A DNA stretch of 60,620 nt, filler included, from 6 parts of 6 records of this genome joined end to end with filler, not necessarily neighbours in it; one strand, 5' to 3'. Positions 1 to 13,375 are shown, counted from the first letter of the whole stretch. Translations and numbers: made by a program. Notes: generated from the letters alone by a model not told the origin.

Positions 1-30
1 CACACACACACACTCACACACACACACACA
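1..30. repeat. (CA)n microsatellite at contig end
   Basis: CACACA run with one CT interruption; similar simple repeats sit at the other eukaryotic contig ends. Confidence 0.9.
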
Positions 31-207
31 TTTGTTTTTGTTTTTGTTTTTGTTTTGCTTTTTTTGTTTTTTTGCTTACGCTTTTTCGCTTGGGTGGAGG
101 TGGTGGTATTTTTGTGTTTGTTGCTGCTTTCTATCGTACTGTTTGGTTCGGTTCGGTGCGGAGTGTGCCTCACTCTGTGCGCTGTGTTGCGATGGTGGAA
201 TGAACAG

Positions 208-1907
208 GTGTCTTGCGTCGAGTATGGGGTGTGCGCAATCGTGGGTACTGGTGGCGCCTTGTTTGGCTACGGTACGTGATGCTGCAGTTGTTGGTCCAAC
301 CCAAATATTAGAGGGCAACCTTATGATGCATAGCTGTGTGTATGCAATGCTATGCTACGTGAGTGAGTGAGTGTGTGTGAGTGTGTGACTGTGTGACTGT
401 GACACTCTGCGCTACGCTGCCCCCAGATATTGGCATAATTTCGGGTGTTTTGGCCATGAAAAACTTCACGGAGGATTTCAACGTGTCGTCGTGGACGGAC
501 TCGGATGCACACCTGGCAGAGGAAGGAGCAATCGTCTCCACGTTCATTTTTGGCAACCTTATTGGCGCGTTGGCGTCGTCTTTCATTGCCGACAAATGGG
601 GACGACGAACAACGATGATCATTGCGTGCCTCCTTTTCTTGGTTGGAGGCTCTCTTCAAGCAGCTGCCCAGACGCTGTGGACGCTTTACGCGGGCCGTGC
701 GGTGGCAGGATTGGCCATTGGTTTGATGACGATGATTGTGCCTTTGTTCAATGCAGAGCTTGCTCCTGCATCGCTGCGAGGACGGCTGATTACTTTCAAC
801 CAACTTGCGATGACTGGGGGAATCATGGTGTCGTACTGGGTAAACTATGGACTCCAGGACGTTTGGCAGGGTTGGCGATATGCGCTGGGTGGCCAATTAC
901 TCTTCGCAGTCATCCTACTGGTGGGCCTTGTGTTTGTACCTCAGTCTCCAAGATGGTTAGTCATGGTTGGTCAGAATGATCGTGCATACGAATCGCTCAA
1001 GCGACTCCGAGCAGACGAAACTGCGGCACGGTCGGAGTTGCGTCTCATTGTGGATTTGAGGGCACGAGAAAACCAGCAAACTGTCGATTCATGGGGAGCT
1101 CTCTGCTGTGATGCATTGTCTCTTCGCCGGCTTGTGATTTGCGCTGTACTTCAAAGTTTCCAACAGCTAACAGGAATTAACTCAGTAATGTGAGCTGTGT
1201 TTCCCTCCTTTGCCGACTCGATTTGGCGAGAATAAAGATCGCCAATGCTTGGTGCTCACGCTCAATTACTCGCTTGTAGGTATTATATGCCCAGTGTGGC
1301 AGCAGCTGTTGGCTTTGGAACCAATGCTGCACTTGGCGAAACGGGTGTCAACGGAATTGTCAACTTTCTCTCAACCTTTCTCGCGTTCATTTTTGTGGAT
1401 AAATATGGACGACGACCACTACTCATGGCGGGAGCCATGGTCATGGGCCTTTCAATGGCCACATTGGGCATTCTTGGGTCTTGGTTCGTGACAGTCGACA
1501 CGTTGGGCGAAATAGTGGTGCAAAGCCAGATAGCCGCATGGATTTGTATAGTCTCCATCTACGTATTTGTATTCGGTTTTGCTTGGAGCTGGGGCCCGAT
1601 TTGCTGGCTCTACCCCACGGAGGCCTTCCCAACATCGCAGCGAGCAAAGGGAGTGAGCATCACGACTGCCTCTAACTTTGCCTGGAACATCATCATCGCC
1701 CAATTTGTTCCGGAACTTCAGGAGCAAGTCCTTCGCTTCGGGCTATTCTCCGTGTTCGCATTCTTCTGCGGAATTATGTTTGTATTTGTGATGTGTTTTG
1801 TTCCCGAGACGCGCCAAAAAACGCTTGAGGAGCTTACTCGCGCGTTCGATCGCAAGCCGCGCAGGAACAGCAAACAAGTTGGCTATGTGTACCATCCTTC
1901 ACCATGA
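208..1907 (+). CDS. MFS sugar porter, spliced, probably 5'-partial; exons ~208-271, 427-1189, 1280-1907
   Basis: Removing GT-AG introns 272-426 and 1190-1279 restores GGALFGY|DIGIISG and QQLTGINSV|MYY; also DKWGRR, PQSPRWL, WSWGPICW and PETRQKTLEE motifs. Confidence 0.92.
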
Positions 1908-2094
1908 TATTCTTCGACCATTCAAATGAAAAGCAATGCAACATGTTTGCGTGGTTTCCGTTTGTTGGCGTATAAATAATATGTTATCATCAGAAGCAAC
2001 TTAGAAAGCAAAAAATCGTCGCAGGTGCTGGGCTCATTTTCACTGATTAAGGTGTTTGGATCACCACCATGCGCGGCGTGGTCTCTCTCGAGCT

Positions 2095-5000
2095 CTACAA
2101 ATGAAAATGTAGTGAACATTTCAAACGACTTCCGAGTTGAATGGTCAGCGACTGGAGCATGTCGTTCCTGTCCTCATCAAACTCTCGTGACTGTTGCAAA
2201 GCTGCAGACCGCTCAAAGTCATCGAGTACTTGCAGCAGGTGGAAGTAGTTCACCCTTTCGGTGTGACTCGCGACACGCTCGATCCACTCGCCGACGGAGC
2301 TGCAAACAGAATCAATGAACAGAAAGACTGGTCACACGGCTCACTCAGGGAAACAATCACAAAACAAAAGAGCCACCAAGCCGAGCATAGCATCTTTGCA
2401 CGGAAACAAGAAGTTATGAACAGCAATTCACATCAGAACTCACCCTTCAATCGCTGCTGTAGGATCAACCTGCATTGGAACGAGTCCAAGCTCTTCGGCA
2501 GACATGTGTATGCCGAGAAACTCGCAAAATGATTTGTAGCTCAGGCGCCCTGATCGAGAAACGCGTAATTCCTTCTGCAGCAAACGCCGCCTTGGAGCCG
2601 CAAGGTGCATTCCGTAAGCGCGGGTGCAATGGTTGTAAAAGTCGTGCCAGGATAGAAAATGCCCAGAAGCATCGCCATCGTTCCGACCAGCCGTTGAACT
2701 CTCACCACCCAGCCGCCGAAACAATTTCGCAGTGTCGTAGTGACCAGCACGCGTACGGCACTCCTGCAACAGGCGGTCACGCACATAGTCAATCAAGGCT
2801 TCTCCACCAGCTTCGTCCTCGGTACAAAATCGCAGAAATTTACGGTAGTCAACGACACCATCGTCCTCCGGATCAAATTGGTCACAGACTAGCACAGCTT
2901 CATCGGCGCGCAGTTGCAATCCCATGTTTGCCAAGCCATAGTGAAATGCAGAGTACGAGAGTGTGCCAGAGCCACCAGCATCTAGATCTTCAAAAGTTCG
3001 AAACAACCCGTCCGAGTCTTTGCGATCTAATAGCTGCTGGAAGAAGCGACGCAGTTTTCCTGCAACACGTGCAATCTTTTGAGCCCTAACTGACGGTTGC
3101 CGGGCATCGTACACGCCTGTGAGTCGCAGAAAGCCACCCCACGACAATACCGGCCCTCTCACTATTGCGGCTGCCCTGTGCATTGCTCCTGGTCCGGTTG
3201 CACCATCGTTGTCCAAAGCAAGCTGGCCGTCATCTGCTCCACGACTACTACTACTACCAGCGTTGAAAAGCATAATCAGTTCTTCACAGTCTCTGCGCGG
3301 AATTTTCTTGGCTCGTAAGGCTCGCAAAAAATCTTGCAATTCGTCTGCTGACAAAAAACCATCGGCGTCAGAGTCCGCTGCCTGGAACATTTCCTGGAGA
3401 CTGGCAATCACCCCTTGCTCTTGTGCAACGCGGACTTTGCGAGAAAGCTTACATGCGAGACGGACCAAGCGCCCTGAGTCCCGAGAAACTGAAAAGAGGC
3501 CACGACCATTGCCAAGACCTTGACCTCCTTGCGCCAAATAGAAAGCTTCGACCTCATCAAATACAGACCGAATCCGCAAATCATCGATGTGCACATCGCT
3601 GCGAATGGTGCGGTCACTTTCCACGCGCACTGCGTAAAGGTTGGTGCCTCGGCGCCGATTTCGATACACTCGAGTAACTACCGCATTGACCCAATCACCT
3701 TGATCATTGAATTGCACCAAAGCACCTTCTTGGATTAGACGAGTCTTGTGCGCTAGACCGTCAAGGTCGCCGTCCTCAATATCATGGTTAGCAGCGGCTG
3801 CGTTTGCTCCGCTCATGAGCCGCACGTGCTTCCGCTTGACTTTTTTTTCTTTGGCACCACCGTCATACAAAATGTCACAACTGTCATCCTCTCGTATTCT
3901 TGCTACTGTTCCAGGTAACCACAGTTTCTTTCCTTGGAACCTCGCCTCTACTTTCACACCTTCTTTCCACACTGCCAAATTCTCAGCTGCATTTCCACCT
4001 CCTGGCCAACGAACGTCTTTTTCATGCAGCTCAGATGTTTTTTTCACATTTGCGTCTGGATCAAATAGAAACTTGACAGCAACTGCTTTCTCAGCAGATG
4101 ACACGTCCACCACTTTCGCAGGCACCCAACGCTTGGTGCCTTTTCGGTCTGCCTTCAATCGTACATACGCCTCGACCGAGTCTCCGATCGATATTTCGCT
4201 CGCAGTGCACGGTCTGATCTCTTTATCGTGCCCACTCCCGCTCTTTGCCTCCAGCTTAGTGGCGGAAACGCGCTCTTTGACACGGTTGCTGCCAGCAAAC
4301 TCAATATCGTACGTTCCATCTCGATGCACAGATGCTACCTTTGCATCTTTGGGCGCTGCTCCAGATCCCCGCCTGTAAACAACTTTCTCGCCCTTCAAAA
4401 AACGCTTTTTCTTTCGTCGTCGCTGCAGTGTCGAGCTGCTATCACTGTCGCTGTTGCTGACGCTACTGACCTGGTCACTGTCACTGCCACTATCACTGCC
4501 ACTGACACTGTTGCCACTACTGCTGGAATTGGATGAGCTTTCTGAATCTGAATCGCTGTCAGATCCGGAACCCGATGAGGAATCATCAGATTCTGACGAG
4601 GATCCACTGCCTGCACGACTTTTTTTTTGTTTCTGTTTTGCCTTCTTGCTGCTGCTACCATCAACGCCGCTGCTCTCGGGCACTGGGTCATTTGCCTTGT
4701 TGCCATTGGCGGCGTGAGATTGTGGGTGTAGCAGTGGATCCCGAAGGTAGGGGTCCAACATTTCGGGACATTTCTTGTGATGTTTCTGTAGGTCTTTGTC
4801 CATTTGTTTTCTTGACCGAATAATGTTCTTCTGCACTGCTTCAGCATCATCAAACCGTTGGGCCGCGGCACGTTCCTCCATCTTTGGTATCAGCTGTTGA
4901 AGTTTTCGCAAATGTCGATCCAAAATACCCAGCTCCTTCTTACGGTGCTTCGCTGCTGCGAAATTCCTTGCCGTGGATGCCAAAGCCATTTCGTTCGCGA

Positions 5001-7263
5001 CACGGTGCACATGCGCTGATATAATACCGATGTCATCACCTTGAGAAGCAGTTGTTGTTGCAGCACCCGAGCCAGTGTTGGTACTTACGGCCGAACTCGG
5101 TGGAATCCGGAGCATGTCTGCTGGGACGTCCTGTTGAGTTTTGCCATTTTCGAATATCACGTCAAATGTGCTCTTGTTTGGATCATCGGTTGCATGTACG
5201 GCTGTCACTTTGGCATGGAACCATTTTCCACGGCCTTTGTAATTCACAACCACTGCAGCTCCAAGTTCCGGAGCAATGAACGAATTGTCACCCTGAGCAG
5301 TAATGGGTTCTTTTTGCCGCTGATCCACGGCAAGGTTGCTCGAATTTTCCTTTCCAACACCACGTCTATCGTCACTGTCTTGATCGTCGTCACCGACACG
5401 CCGAGACAATGCACGATGACCCAATGGTGCGGGCCTTGAGTCGGAACGGCCACCACTTGGTCCTTCGTTTCCAGCGACGATGTCTTCGTGTCCAAGTTTT
5501 TGCGTGCTTTGATTGCGCTGCCGGTGTTTTGGTCGGCGTGGGCTTTCGGTCGGTGGGCCTTGCCTCAGTTCGCGGTCCTGGCCGTCGATGCTGTCACTAT
5601 CACTTCGAAGACGATGTTCTATGGCATCTACACTCTTGATGTCACGCTTCCCGCCAATAAGAGGTTTGTCAGTATGTAGGTCAGCACCTGCTTCAGCGTG
5701 ACTGCCGAATACGTCTCCTTTGTTTTGAATGGGCCCTTCGTTATCACTTGCACTCCTGCTACTGTTGCTTCGCTTGCCATCGTCAACTTTATTCTTGCCC
5801 TTTGTGTCTGTATTGGTGATGCTTCCAGATTTGTCCTGGGCTTCATTTGATTCCGTGGTAATCGTTCGAGCATCCTGGAAGGCGCCATCGCTGTCGGAAC
5901 CCGAATCATCATCGTCAGCAACGGCAACAACAGTTGAGCTGGCTTTGCCCCCACTCTCCTTGCCAGCTGCACTTGTCTTTCCCTCTCTCGCGTCATCCTT
6001 GTCATGCACGTCTGCATCGCTACCGTTGCTCGATTTATTGTTGCCCCTTTTCCATGGTTTGTCTCCCTCAGTGGCACTTTCCTTCGTTGAGCCATCCTTT
6101 TTGGAATCTGTTTTGTTCTTCCGCTTCCACGGTTTCTCAGGTTGTTGCTGCTTCGTGATTGCTGTGGAATCTGGCTCTTGCCCATCATTGGGTTCCCCTT
6201 CCGCCACTGTATTGGCACTTTTCTTGCCATCATTTTTCTTGCGGGATTTGCCGGCTGCCCCCTCCTTGTCTTCAAGTTGTTTACGTGCCTCCCCCCCTTT
6301 ATCTGTGCGTCCCTCGGCTTCTGCCTCTGCATGCCCTTCCAAGTCGCTGCCCTTCTTGGATTTGGGCTTCCTTTTCTTCCAGGGCTTCTCTGCTGCAGCC
6401 TGTTCCCCTTCGTCCCTGTCCGCTGCTGCATTGGCGCCCTCTTCTCCTTCCCCCTCTGTCTTTTCCTTTTGTGATTTTTTCTTCTTCCAAGGCTTTTGGG
6501 ATTCTTCTGCTGCTTTTTTGGACGACTTCTTCTTCTTCTTCCATGGTTTCTCAGGTTCCTTGGCCTTCTCCTTTGCAGAAGAAGCAGTGTCTGACCCGGC
6601 ACTCTCTTTAGGTGCCCCCTCTTTCTCCTTCTTCGAAGACTGCTCCTTCTCCGATGGCTCTCCGACTGGCTCGTCTTCTGCCTGGTCGGCTTCAGCAGCC
6701 GCCCCTTTCTTTGCTTTTTGCTTCTTCCACGGCTTCTGGATCTCTCCCCCACCGAAGCTTTTCTTTTTCTTCCACGGTTTCTCAGCCCCCCCACCCGCGT
6801 CGTCCAAATTCTCCGCTCCAGCTTTGGGGTTTTTTGACTTTTTTTTATCCGCCTCGTCCTTCGCTGATGCTTTTGGATCTTTCTTCTTCGTAATCTTCCA
6901 AGGTTTGTCTCCCGCCCCTTCACTCACTTTGCCTTTGGAGTTTTTCTTTTTCTTCCAAGGTTTCTCTTCTTCCAGTCCTGCTGCTTCTCCTTCACCTCCT
7001 CCACCTCCTCCTCCTTCTGTTTCATTCTCTCCTTCTTTGCTAACTTTGGCCTTTTCAGTAGTCTTTTTCTTCCTCCTCCAAGGCTTTTCCGCAACGCCAC
7101 CTCCGCCATCGTCATCAGTCCCTTTTGTCGTCTTACTCTTGGTTTTGTTCTTCTTCCACGGCTTCTCTGAATCGGCAGCGACGGCTTCGCTGCCGTCATT
7201 TTCTTTCTTGCTCTTTTTCTTCTTCACTTTCCACGGCTTTTCGCCCTCGTCCGCCTTGGGCAT
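2095..7263 (-). CDS. ~1670-aa protein: 12 KPW[K/R] motifs in a charged N-terminus, ~5 Tudor/Agenet-like domains, a UVR-like helix, EF-hands; exons 7263-2444 and 2299-2095
   Basis: 1607-aa ORF ends at a GG|GTGAGT donor; intron 2443-2300 ends TTTGCAG and the next exon stays open for 67 more residues to TAG; EF-hand loops DSDADGFLSADE, DAGGSGTLSYSAF, DPEDDGVVDYRKF. Confidence 0.85.
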
Positions 7264-7529
7264 GGTCTTGACTTCGCCACCTCGAGGGCTGTCAAGGATT
7301 CACTCAACAACCAAAAGTCGCACCCACGCTCCCTGCTTGCTTCGCTGATTGTGATTGCTTCCCAAAATAACCAACTCCGCTACAGGTGCCCACACGCTTT
7401 TTTAGATGAGATGAGACGGTTCACGCGGCACTGTGTGAGACTGAAACACACCACCACACCACCACCACCAAAACAGCAACACGAAAAAACAACAGCAACA
7501 CGAAAACAACAACAACAACAACAACAACA

Positions 7530-7629
7530 NNNNNNNNNNNNNNNNNNNNNNNNNNNNNNNNNNNNNNNNNNNNTTAATTAATTAANNNNNNNNNNNNNNN
7601 NNNNNNNNNNNNNNNNNNNNNNNNNNNNN
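7530..7629. other. Artificial contig spacer
   Basis: 44 N + TTAATTAATTAA (stops in all six frames) + 44 N. Confidence 0.98.
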
Positions 7630-7994
7630 ACACACAGAGACAGAGAGACAGAGAGACAGCGAGCGAGTGAGAAACGTGGAGGAGCAGGTTGCACCGTGGT
7701 GTTGCGGTGGTTATGTGACTTTGTAGGTGACCAGTCTGTGCCTGTAAATTTTGTGTGGGTGGGTGTTTTTTGTTTGTTTTTTGTTTGTGTGTTCGTCGGT
7801 GCCTTTTCTCTGTGCTTCTTTGTGGGGTCTGTCTTTGCGCCTTGTGTACTTCGTCTGCCTTGTGCCTGTGTCTCTGTGTGTGTTTTCGCGGCGCTTCGTG
7901 TCTTTTGCGGATCGGTGAGTTCCCACGTTGAGGTGGGTTTTCCAGAACAGGTGGCGGTCGTGTGTGTAGGCAGACAGACCAAGCACACAATCAC

Positions 7995-9129
7995 ATGGGT
8001 CGACAAGCTCGAGCACGCCGAAAGGCACAGAAAGGTGGAGGTTCGAAGACAAGCACTCCAGCAAAGGTTCCATCAAATGTCGCTGAGAGTCCCAGGCCGA
8101 GCGACTTAGCTCGTAAGGTGGCGAAGAAGAGCTTGCCAAGTTCGTCCGCATCTGCCAAGTCTCGAGTCCGCTACGTGCCGAATTCGCGACTCATCCACGG
8201 ATTTCGCATCCTGGAGCTTTTCAACGACGCCAGCTGGTCCAACTTCCCCCGAATTATGTACGTCAAGCGTCACTTTTCGAATGATGCTGAAAACGCTGAT
8301 AGAACCGTATTCGTCACCGGCTTGCCAGTGGACGTCCCAGTGCGGGAGCTCGAGAAAACCCTCGAGCGTTCATTTGCTCGCGCTTTCGGGCCCGTGCAGC
8401 ACGCGCGCATTACGATGCTGAAGGACACAGACGGTCACACAAATGTGCGCTGTGGACATGTCGTGTTCGAGGAGGAAGATGCTGTGGAGGCAGCGCTTTC
8501 AGAAGCTGAGTTTGGGGTGCGGGATGTTCCCGGCGAAACGGGCAGTATTCCTGCCGAAGAGCGGCATGGCGAGGAAAAATCAGTGCGCCTGGGTGGCTTA
8601 GAAAAGTTTTTGCTGGAAGCAAAGGCCTTGCGGCCGCCGGTAAAAATGCTGCGAGAAGCAGTGGAGGAGGGAATGGCGGCAGTCGAAGAGGAAGAGGCTG
8701 CTGCACGTGCAGAAAAAGAGCGTCTGAAGAACGTTGTGGATGCGGATGGGTTCACACTTGTATCTGGGAAAAGGAAGATATCGCATGCCGCCGCACAGGT
8801 AAGGTGCAGTTGCAACCGTCCACACGGTGTGACTTTTCAACGTGCATGCTGGCCATGGCTTCCCGATAGGGGATCTCAGGACGATAGCGTGACAATAGCC
8901 ACTGGCAATTTGCTGTATTCTGTCTCACTTCTGTGCTGCTTGCACGTAGTTGGCGGCCGAAAAGCGTGCACGCAAAGACCAAAAGAAGCGTGACAACATG
9001 TCGAACTTCTACTCCTTCCAGCGACGCGAAACCCGCCGCAATCAGCTGGCTGTTCTGCGAGAGAAGTTCGAGGAGGATAAGCAGCGCGTCCAGCGCATGA
9101 AAAAGGCTCGACAATTTAGGCCACACTGA
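7995..9129 (+). CDS. RRP7: Ribosomal RNA-processing protein 7; exons 7995-8798, 8950-9129
   Basis: RRM-like RTVFVTGLP and GHVVFEE, then DADGFTLV; after intron 8799-8949 the exon reads NFYSFQRRETRRNQLAVLREKFEEDKQRVQRMKKARQFRPH, the RRP7 C-terminal signature. Confidence 0.92.
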
Positions 9130-9488
9130 GAAATCGCATTAAATAATTGTACATGTATAGTTACAGCTTCATGCGCGCAGCGCGACGAGAAACTCAATGA
9201 CCCGCGACGGGTAAACGCGACGACACCTGACAACATTGCAAACGACGCGTGGCCACACTCGAGCGCCGATCTGCGGCTAAGGACTCGGTGAAACGAGCTT
9301 CTCCGGTTTCTCTTGAGCCAGGACCATAAGACGTGGAGCACCTGACGTCTCATCAAGAGTCCGTTCGACACTAAATACCATTGGTTTCGGAAACTCTGTC
9401 ATGCCGAGGGCCTGCGTGGCATTCAATTAATAAGCTTTCAGTCAACTGATAGACAGAAGCAATGAAAGCACAATCAGACTCGCAAAAA

Positions 9489-12400
9489 CTAAAAAAAATA
9501 CTCAATGTTACACACCGTCAAGATTTCGCGGAAGCCAGCGAGGATGGGCGCTGCTTGCTGCCCACCAATGGCAAAATTGTCAGGATCAATGTCCACCAAA
9601 TCTTCAGAAATTTTCTGGTATTGCACGGATACCGTCTCGCCGTCACGCGTCTTGGAAAGGGCGTGCAAGAGGCGCTCACCATCCTCAAAGTTGATCATAA
9701 CAGCCGAAATTTCGTCGGCGAGGTCCACCCCAGCCTCATCAGTTCCAAACTTTGGAAGCGTGGAAGCAGCATTTTCGTCGGCGGGAGTTCTGTCACCTGC
9801 CATGAGGAACCGCTGTTGTCCAGGCTGGTTGTTCACAACCACAACACTTGTGGCCCCAAGTTTACGCATTGCCTATGATCCGTACAACATTATACAGTGA
9901 ACGACGCGTGCATGTTGCCAATTCCAATCGTCCAGGTTTGTTCGCCTAACGACGCACCCGTGCTTTGGACGCAAACGTGCACCCTCCCCGTTCGACAAGA
10001 GCGACAAGCCCACGACGGCTTGATTCCTCAGACATACCCGCTATGCTTTGCGCAACCTTTGCAAATTCTGCAGCGTTTGTGGTGGCCGCCGCTTCGCAAC
10101 CATTTCGTGGATTCGCCACGACAATCTCCGACCCAGCTGGGACAAGGTTCTTCTCTGACTCAGGGGTATTCATTGGAAGCCCAAACTGGGCGAGCGCAGC
10201 TGGTAACGTGACACTGCGGCTTGCTCCGCCTTTTGCCTGTTTACGACCGCTCCACGACACAATCACGTTGACCGCGTTGACTGGGTTCGCCACGAACTGA
10301 CACTGTTCAACTGACGTGCACTCCACATGGTAGTGCTCGCTTACTTGGGCAATCAAGTTTACTGTCTCTGCGGTTTTTTTCGACAGCTGCATTTCGGTGG
10401 CAGCACCCGGCGCACCTGGACCCGTGGCCTTTGAATTGGATTGCCTGGAGGCTGTTTTTGAAGATCTGGGCCTCGTTGTTTCGGGGCGACTGAATATTTT
10501 CAACATTGAACCCGCAGACATCACGTCAGTTGTGCGGTCGTTCAGCTCGTCATGGATCTCGCACACTTGATGAATTAGGTCGACGAATTGTCCAGCAGAC
10601 TTCACTGCCTTGGACGCGGTTTTGATTGCCGAGTCATCCGCGCTTTTGTGCTGCGAAGATGTTCTGTTGGCGTCCCGAAGTTTACGAGCAGTTTCGCCCA
10701 TAACCACGCCTGCGGCAGCCTGAGCAGCTGCCCGGCGTTCATCCAACGTGGGCGGCGTTTTTTGCGCCGTTCCGTGTCCAATATGATTGAGAAAAACGTG
10801 ACCTTCTGTGGAAAATATATACCTGCGCGCAGTGGGGGAACAACATTGATGCTGCTGCGAGGACAGAGCAAAATTTTGCTTGCGGCGGCTCTGGCAGCAA
10901 AGTGAAAGCCCGCGGTGACGATACGCACGAGGCAGGATCTAATCGCAACGGCGAGGTGGTTTGAGCCACTCGAGCTCGGTCATCAGCAGTGATGGAGCCC
11001 GGTGCGTGGCTTTCAATGTTGGTCAATGCGGCGTCAAACAAGAGAAACAGATACCTGCATTACAACAGCATGTGTGGATGTCCATAGTTCAGTGTCAGCT
11101 ACCCCCCCTGTCTCCACCGTACAGGTCTTTCAAAGTGCGTGGATCGGCACTCGCGATGCAAACACTCACTTTAGAGTTTCAGCCAAAAAGTACGAGTCCA
11201 TGCGGTCATCCAGCCGTTTCGTGCGGACATCTGCTATGGACGCAAATCCACAAGGCACTCTACAGTGTTGCTGGAGGAAAGTTACCATGCTTTTTCCAAA
11301 TTCAAGATAAAACGTCGCATTCGTGGCGCCAAAGAGTGCAAAAGCACTCTCGATCAGCTCAGGGCGTAATGGGTAATCTTTCCCAAAGCTAAGGGGCGTG
11401 CCAGCTTTTACCTTCGTGGATTGCATCCATACAAAGTGGCGAGCATATTTTCAAAAATAGCACGGCACAATTGTACATTGCTGGGCGTGTGCTCACGCAT
11501 TTCCTGCGCTGGAACATCTTGACACTGCGTCAATCACTGCAGATTGTTATTCATACCTGATACCCCTCGGGCAGGGACCCATAGACGTTCCAAAGATCGT
11601 AGTAACCTTTGAAGGTTAGTTGTGCTTGGTCGATGTCGCCTGCGAGCACCAGCAAGGCAGGCCAGAAGGCCTGCAGTGACGAAACCACGAGTGGTCTAAT
11701 GCTTGAGCGGCCGGCTGACATATCCACTTCAGCGTGCCAAGGTCCGTACCTATGTTGAACATGCACCAACGGTAAATCGAGAGAAACTATAAAACACTTC
11801 GGGAGGAGCGTGCACACATCGATGGGTAAACCACAACGTACGCTGAGTGGGAATCAAGAGCTTGCAACGACTTCAGCCACATGTCATAGTAGCGTTCATC
11901 CCCAAAGAGAATGTACGACTTCAGCAGGTACCTGATTCATGGGACCAACACCACATTGCCATTGCCCACGTGAAAAATGCTGGTGTGCAGCAACGCGTTT
12001 TCCGGTCAGCTAAACAAGGCTATCCAATGAAATGCTACGTACTCGTAGAAAGAATCTCGACCTGGACCAGTTCCTGCCAATCCATGCGCCCATCTCCCTG
12101 TTCGCACACTGATAGTGTTGCCGAGCAAGTCTAGTTGGGATCGGCGACTCCATAGTTCGTCCACGGCACGAGCTGCCACAGCCTCAAATCGATGATCTCC
12201 AGTGAGCCGGGATAAGGCGCCAAACTCGAGCAACAAAGTGCCCGCTGCAGCAAGGCAGGTTTGTTCAGTTTCTCCTTTCGGAACGCCTTCCAACAGATGC
12301 ACGCGGTGGTACGGAATTCCGGTCTTTGTTTCAAATGCAGGAAGCAGGCGCTCCCCGACCTCTGCGGCGCGCTCCAGCAGCCAGCCGTCATATCCGGGAA

Positions 12401-13045
12401 CCTGGGAAACCAAACATGCCACAAGCAAATAGCGTTCCGAAAACACTTTCTTCAACACGGGAGCAACACCCAAATTTCAAACATGAAGTTGGCATGGACG
12501 GGATGCTGCAATAACGGATACAGCAGGACGCTTGTGATGGCCTGCAGAAACACACTGCGTCACGAGCCACGGACCAAATTCAGTTCTGGGTCACTGGCCA
12601 ATTGGTGGGACGAGAGCAGTCCTCCGAGCACACGGATGGTCGTCTCAAACACGGACACAACGATGCTGTTATTGAATGTGACGTTGTGGCGGATGAGATT
12701 GAGCGCTTGTTGAAACCCTTCGCGGTCGCCCATGAGCGCAAGTGTGTCAGCAGCGTCGACAAGGGTCAGAGCGAAACCGCCAAGGTTGTCGTCCAGCGTC
12801 CCACGCTCTCTTTTGTCCCACCGGCGCGGCTTGCACTCAAGCGGGCGCAACTCGTCGAACGGGAACCCAAACTGAAGGTAGTTGTCAAACGAGTGTTGGA
12901 ACATCTCCCTGGTTGTCTCTCGCAAAGAGAGCAGTTCGCCGTAGGTATCGACACCCCATACCGGTTGCTGCACAGAAAAAGCTACAAAGCACGTCACCAC
13001 CAAGAGCCTCCCTGTGGAAGCGGCACGTGGGTACCTCCTCCCCAT
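9489..13045 (-). CDS. EDEM-like GH47 alpha-1,2-mannosidase with C-terminal PA domain; exons 13045-12575, 12401-12043, 11931-11842, 11749-11557, 11411-11170, 11054-10929, 10822-9958, 9872-~9489 (3' end uncertain)
   Basis: GH47 motifs DELRPL, SVFETTIRVLGGLLS, DSFYEYLLK, YPLRPELIES, MDSYFLAETLKYLFLLF, YIFSTEGH restored by splicing; PA motif ALVERGGCTFASKAR; N-terminal hydrophobic signal. Confidence 0.9.
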
Positions 13046-13275
13046 CTTTCCTACAAAACTATCCCATCACAGCAGTGCTCCCTGCTCAAGTGATTTTCGA
13101 ACTGCGCACTCTCGGGAGTTGGTAGACGATTTTCTTTGAGCAACCTTTGAGAGCCGAGAAAAAAAAGGGCGGCGGGCACTTGCAGGCTGAACTTGTTCGT
13201 TCGGGGTAGGGTACTACTGCACAGACAGTCTGAGAGACAGCGACAGAGACAGCGACAGAGAGAGACAGAGACAGA

Positions 13276-13375
13276 NNNNNNNNNNNNNNNNNNNNNNNNN
13301 NNNNNNNNNNNNNNNNNNNTTAATTAATTAANNNNNNNNNNNNNNNNNNNNNNNNNNNNNNNNNNNNNNNNNNNN
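13276..13375. other. Artificial contig spacer
   Basis: 44 N + TTAATTAATTAA + 44 N. Confidence 0.98.

Noticed and set aside
5729-7348. 539-aa plus-strand ORF rich in Phe/Ser
   Set aside because: Antisense shadow of the Lys/Glu-rich KPW region; its FHGF repeats mirror KPWK
7574-7585. Recurring TTAATTAATTAA palindrome as a biological repeat
   Set aside because: Always centred in 44-N blocks; a synthetic six-frame stop linker
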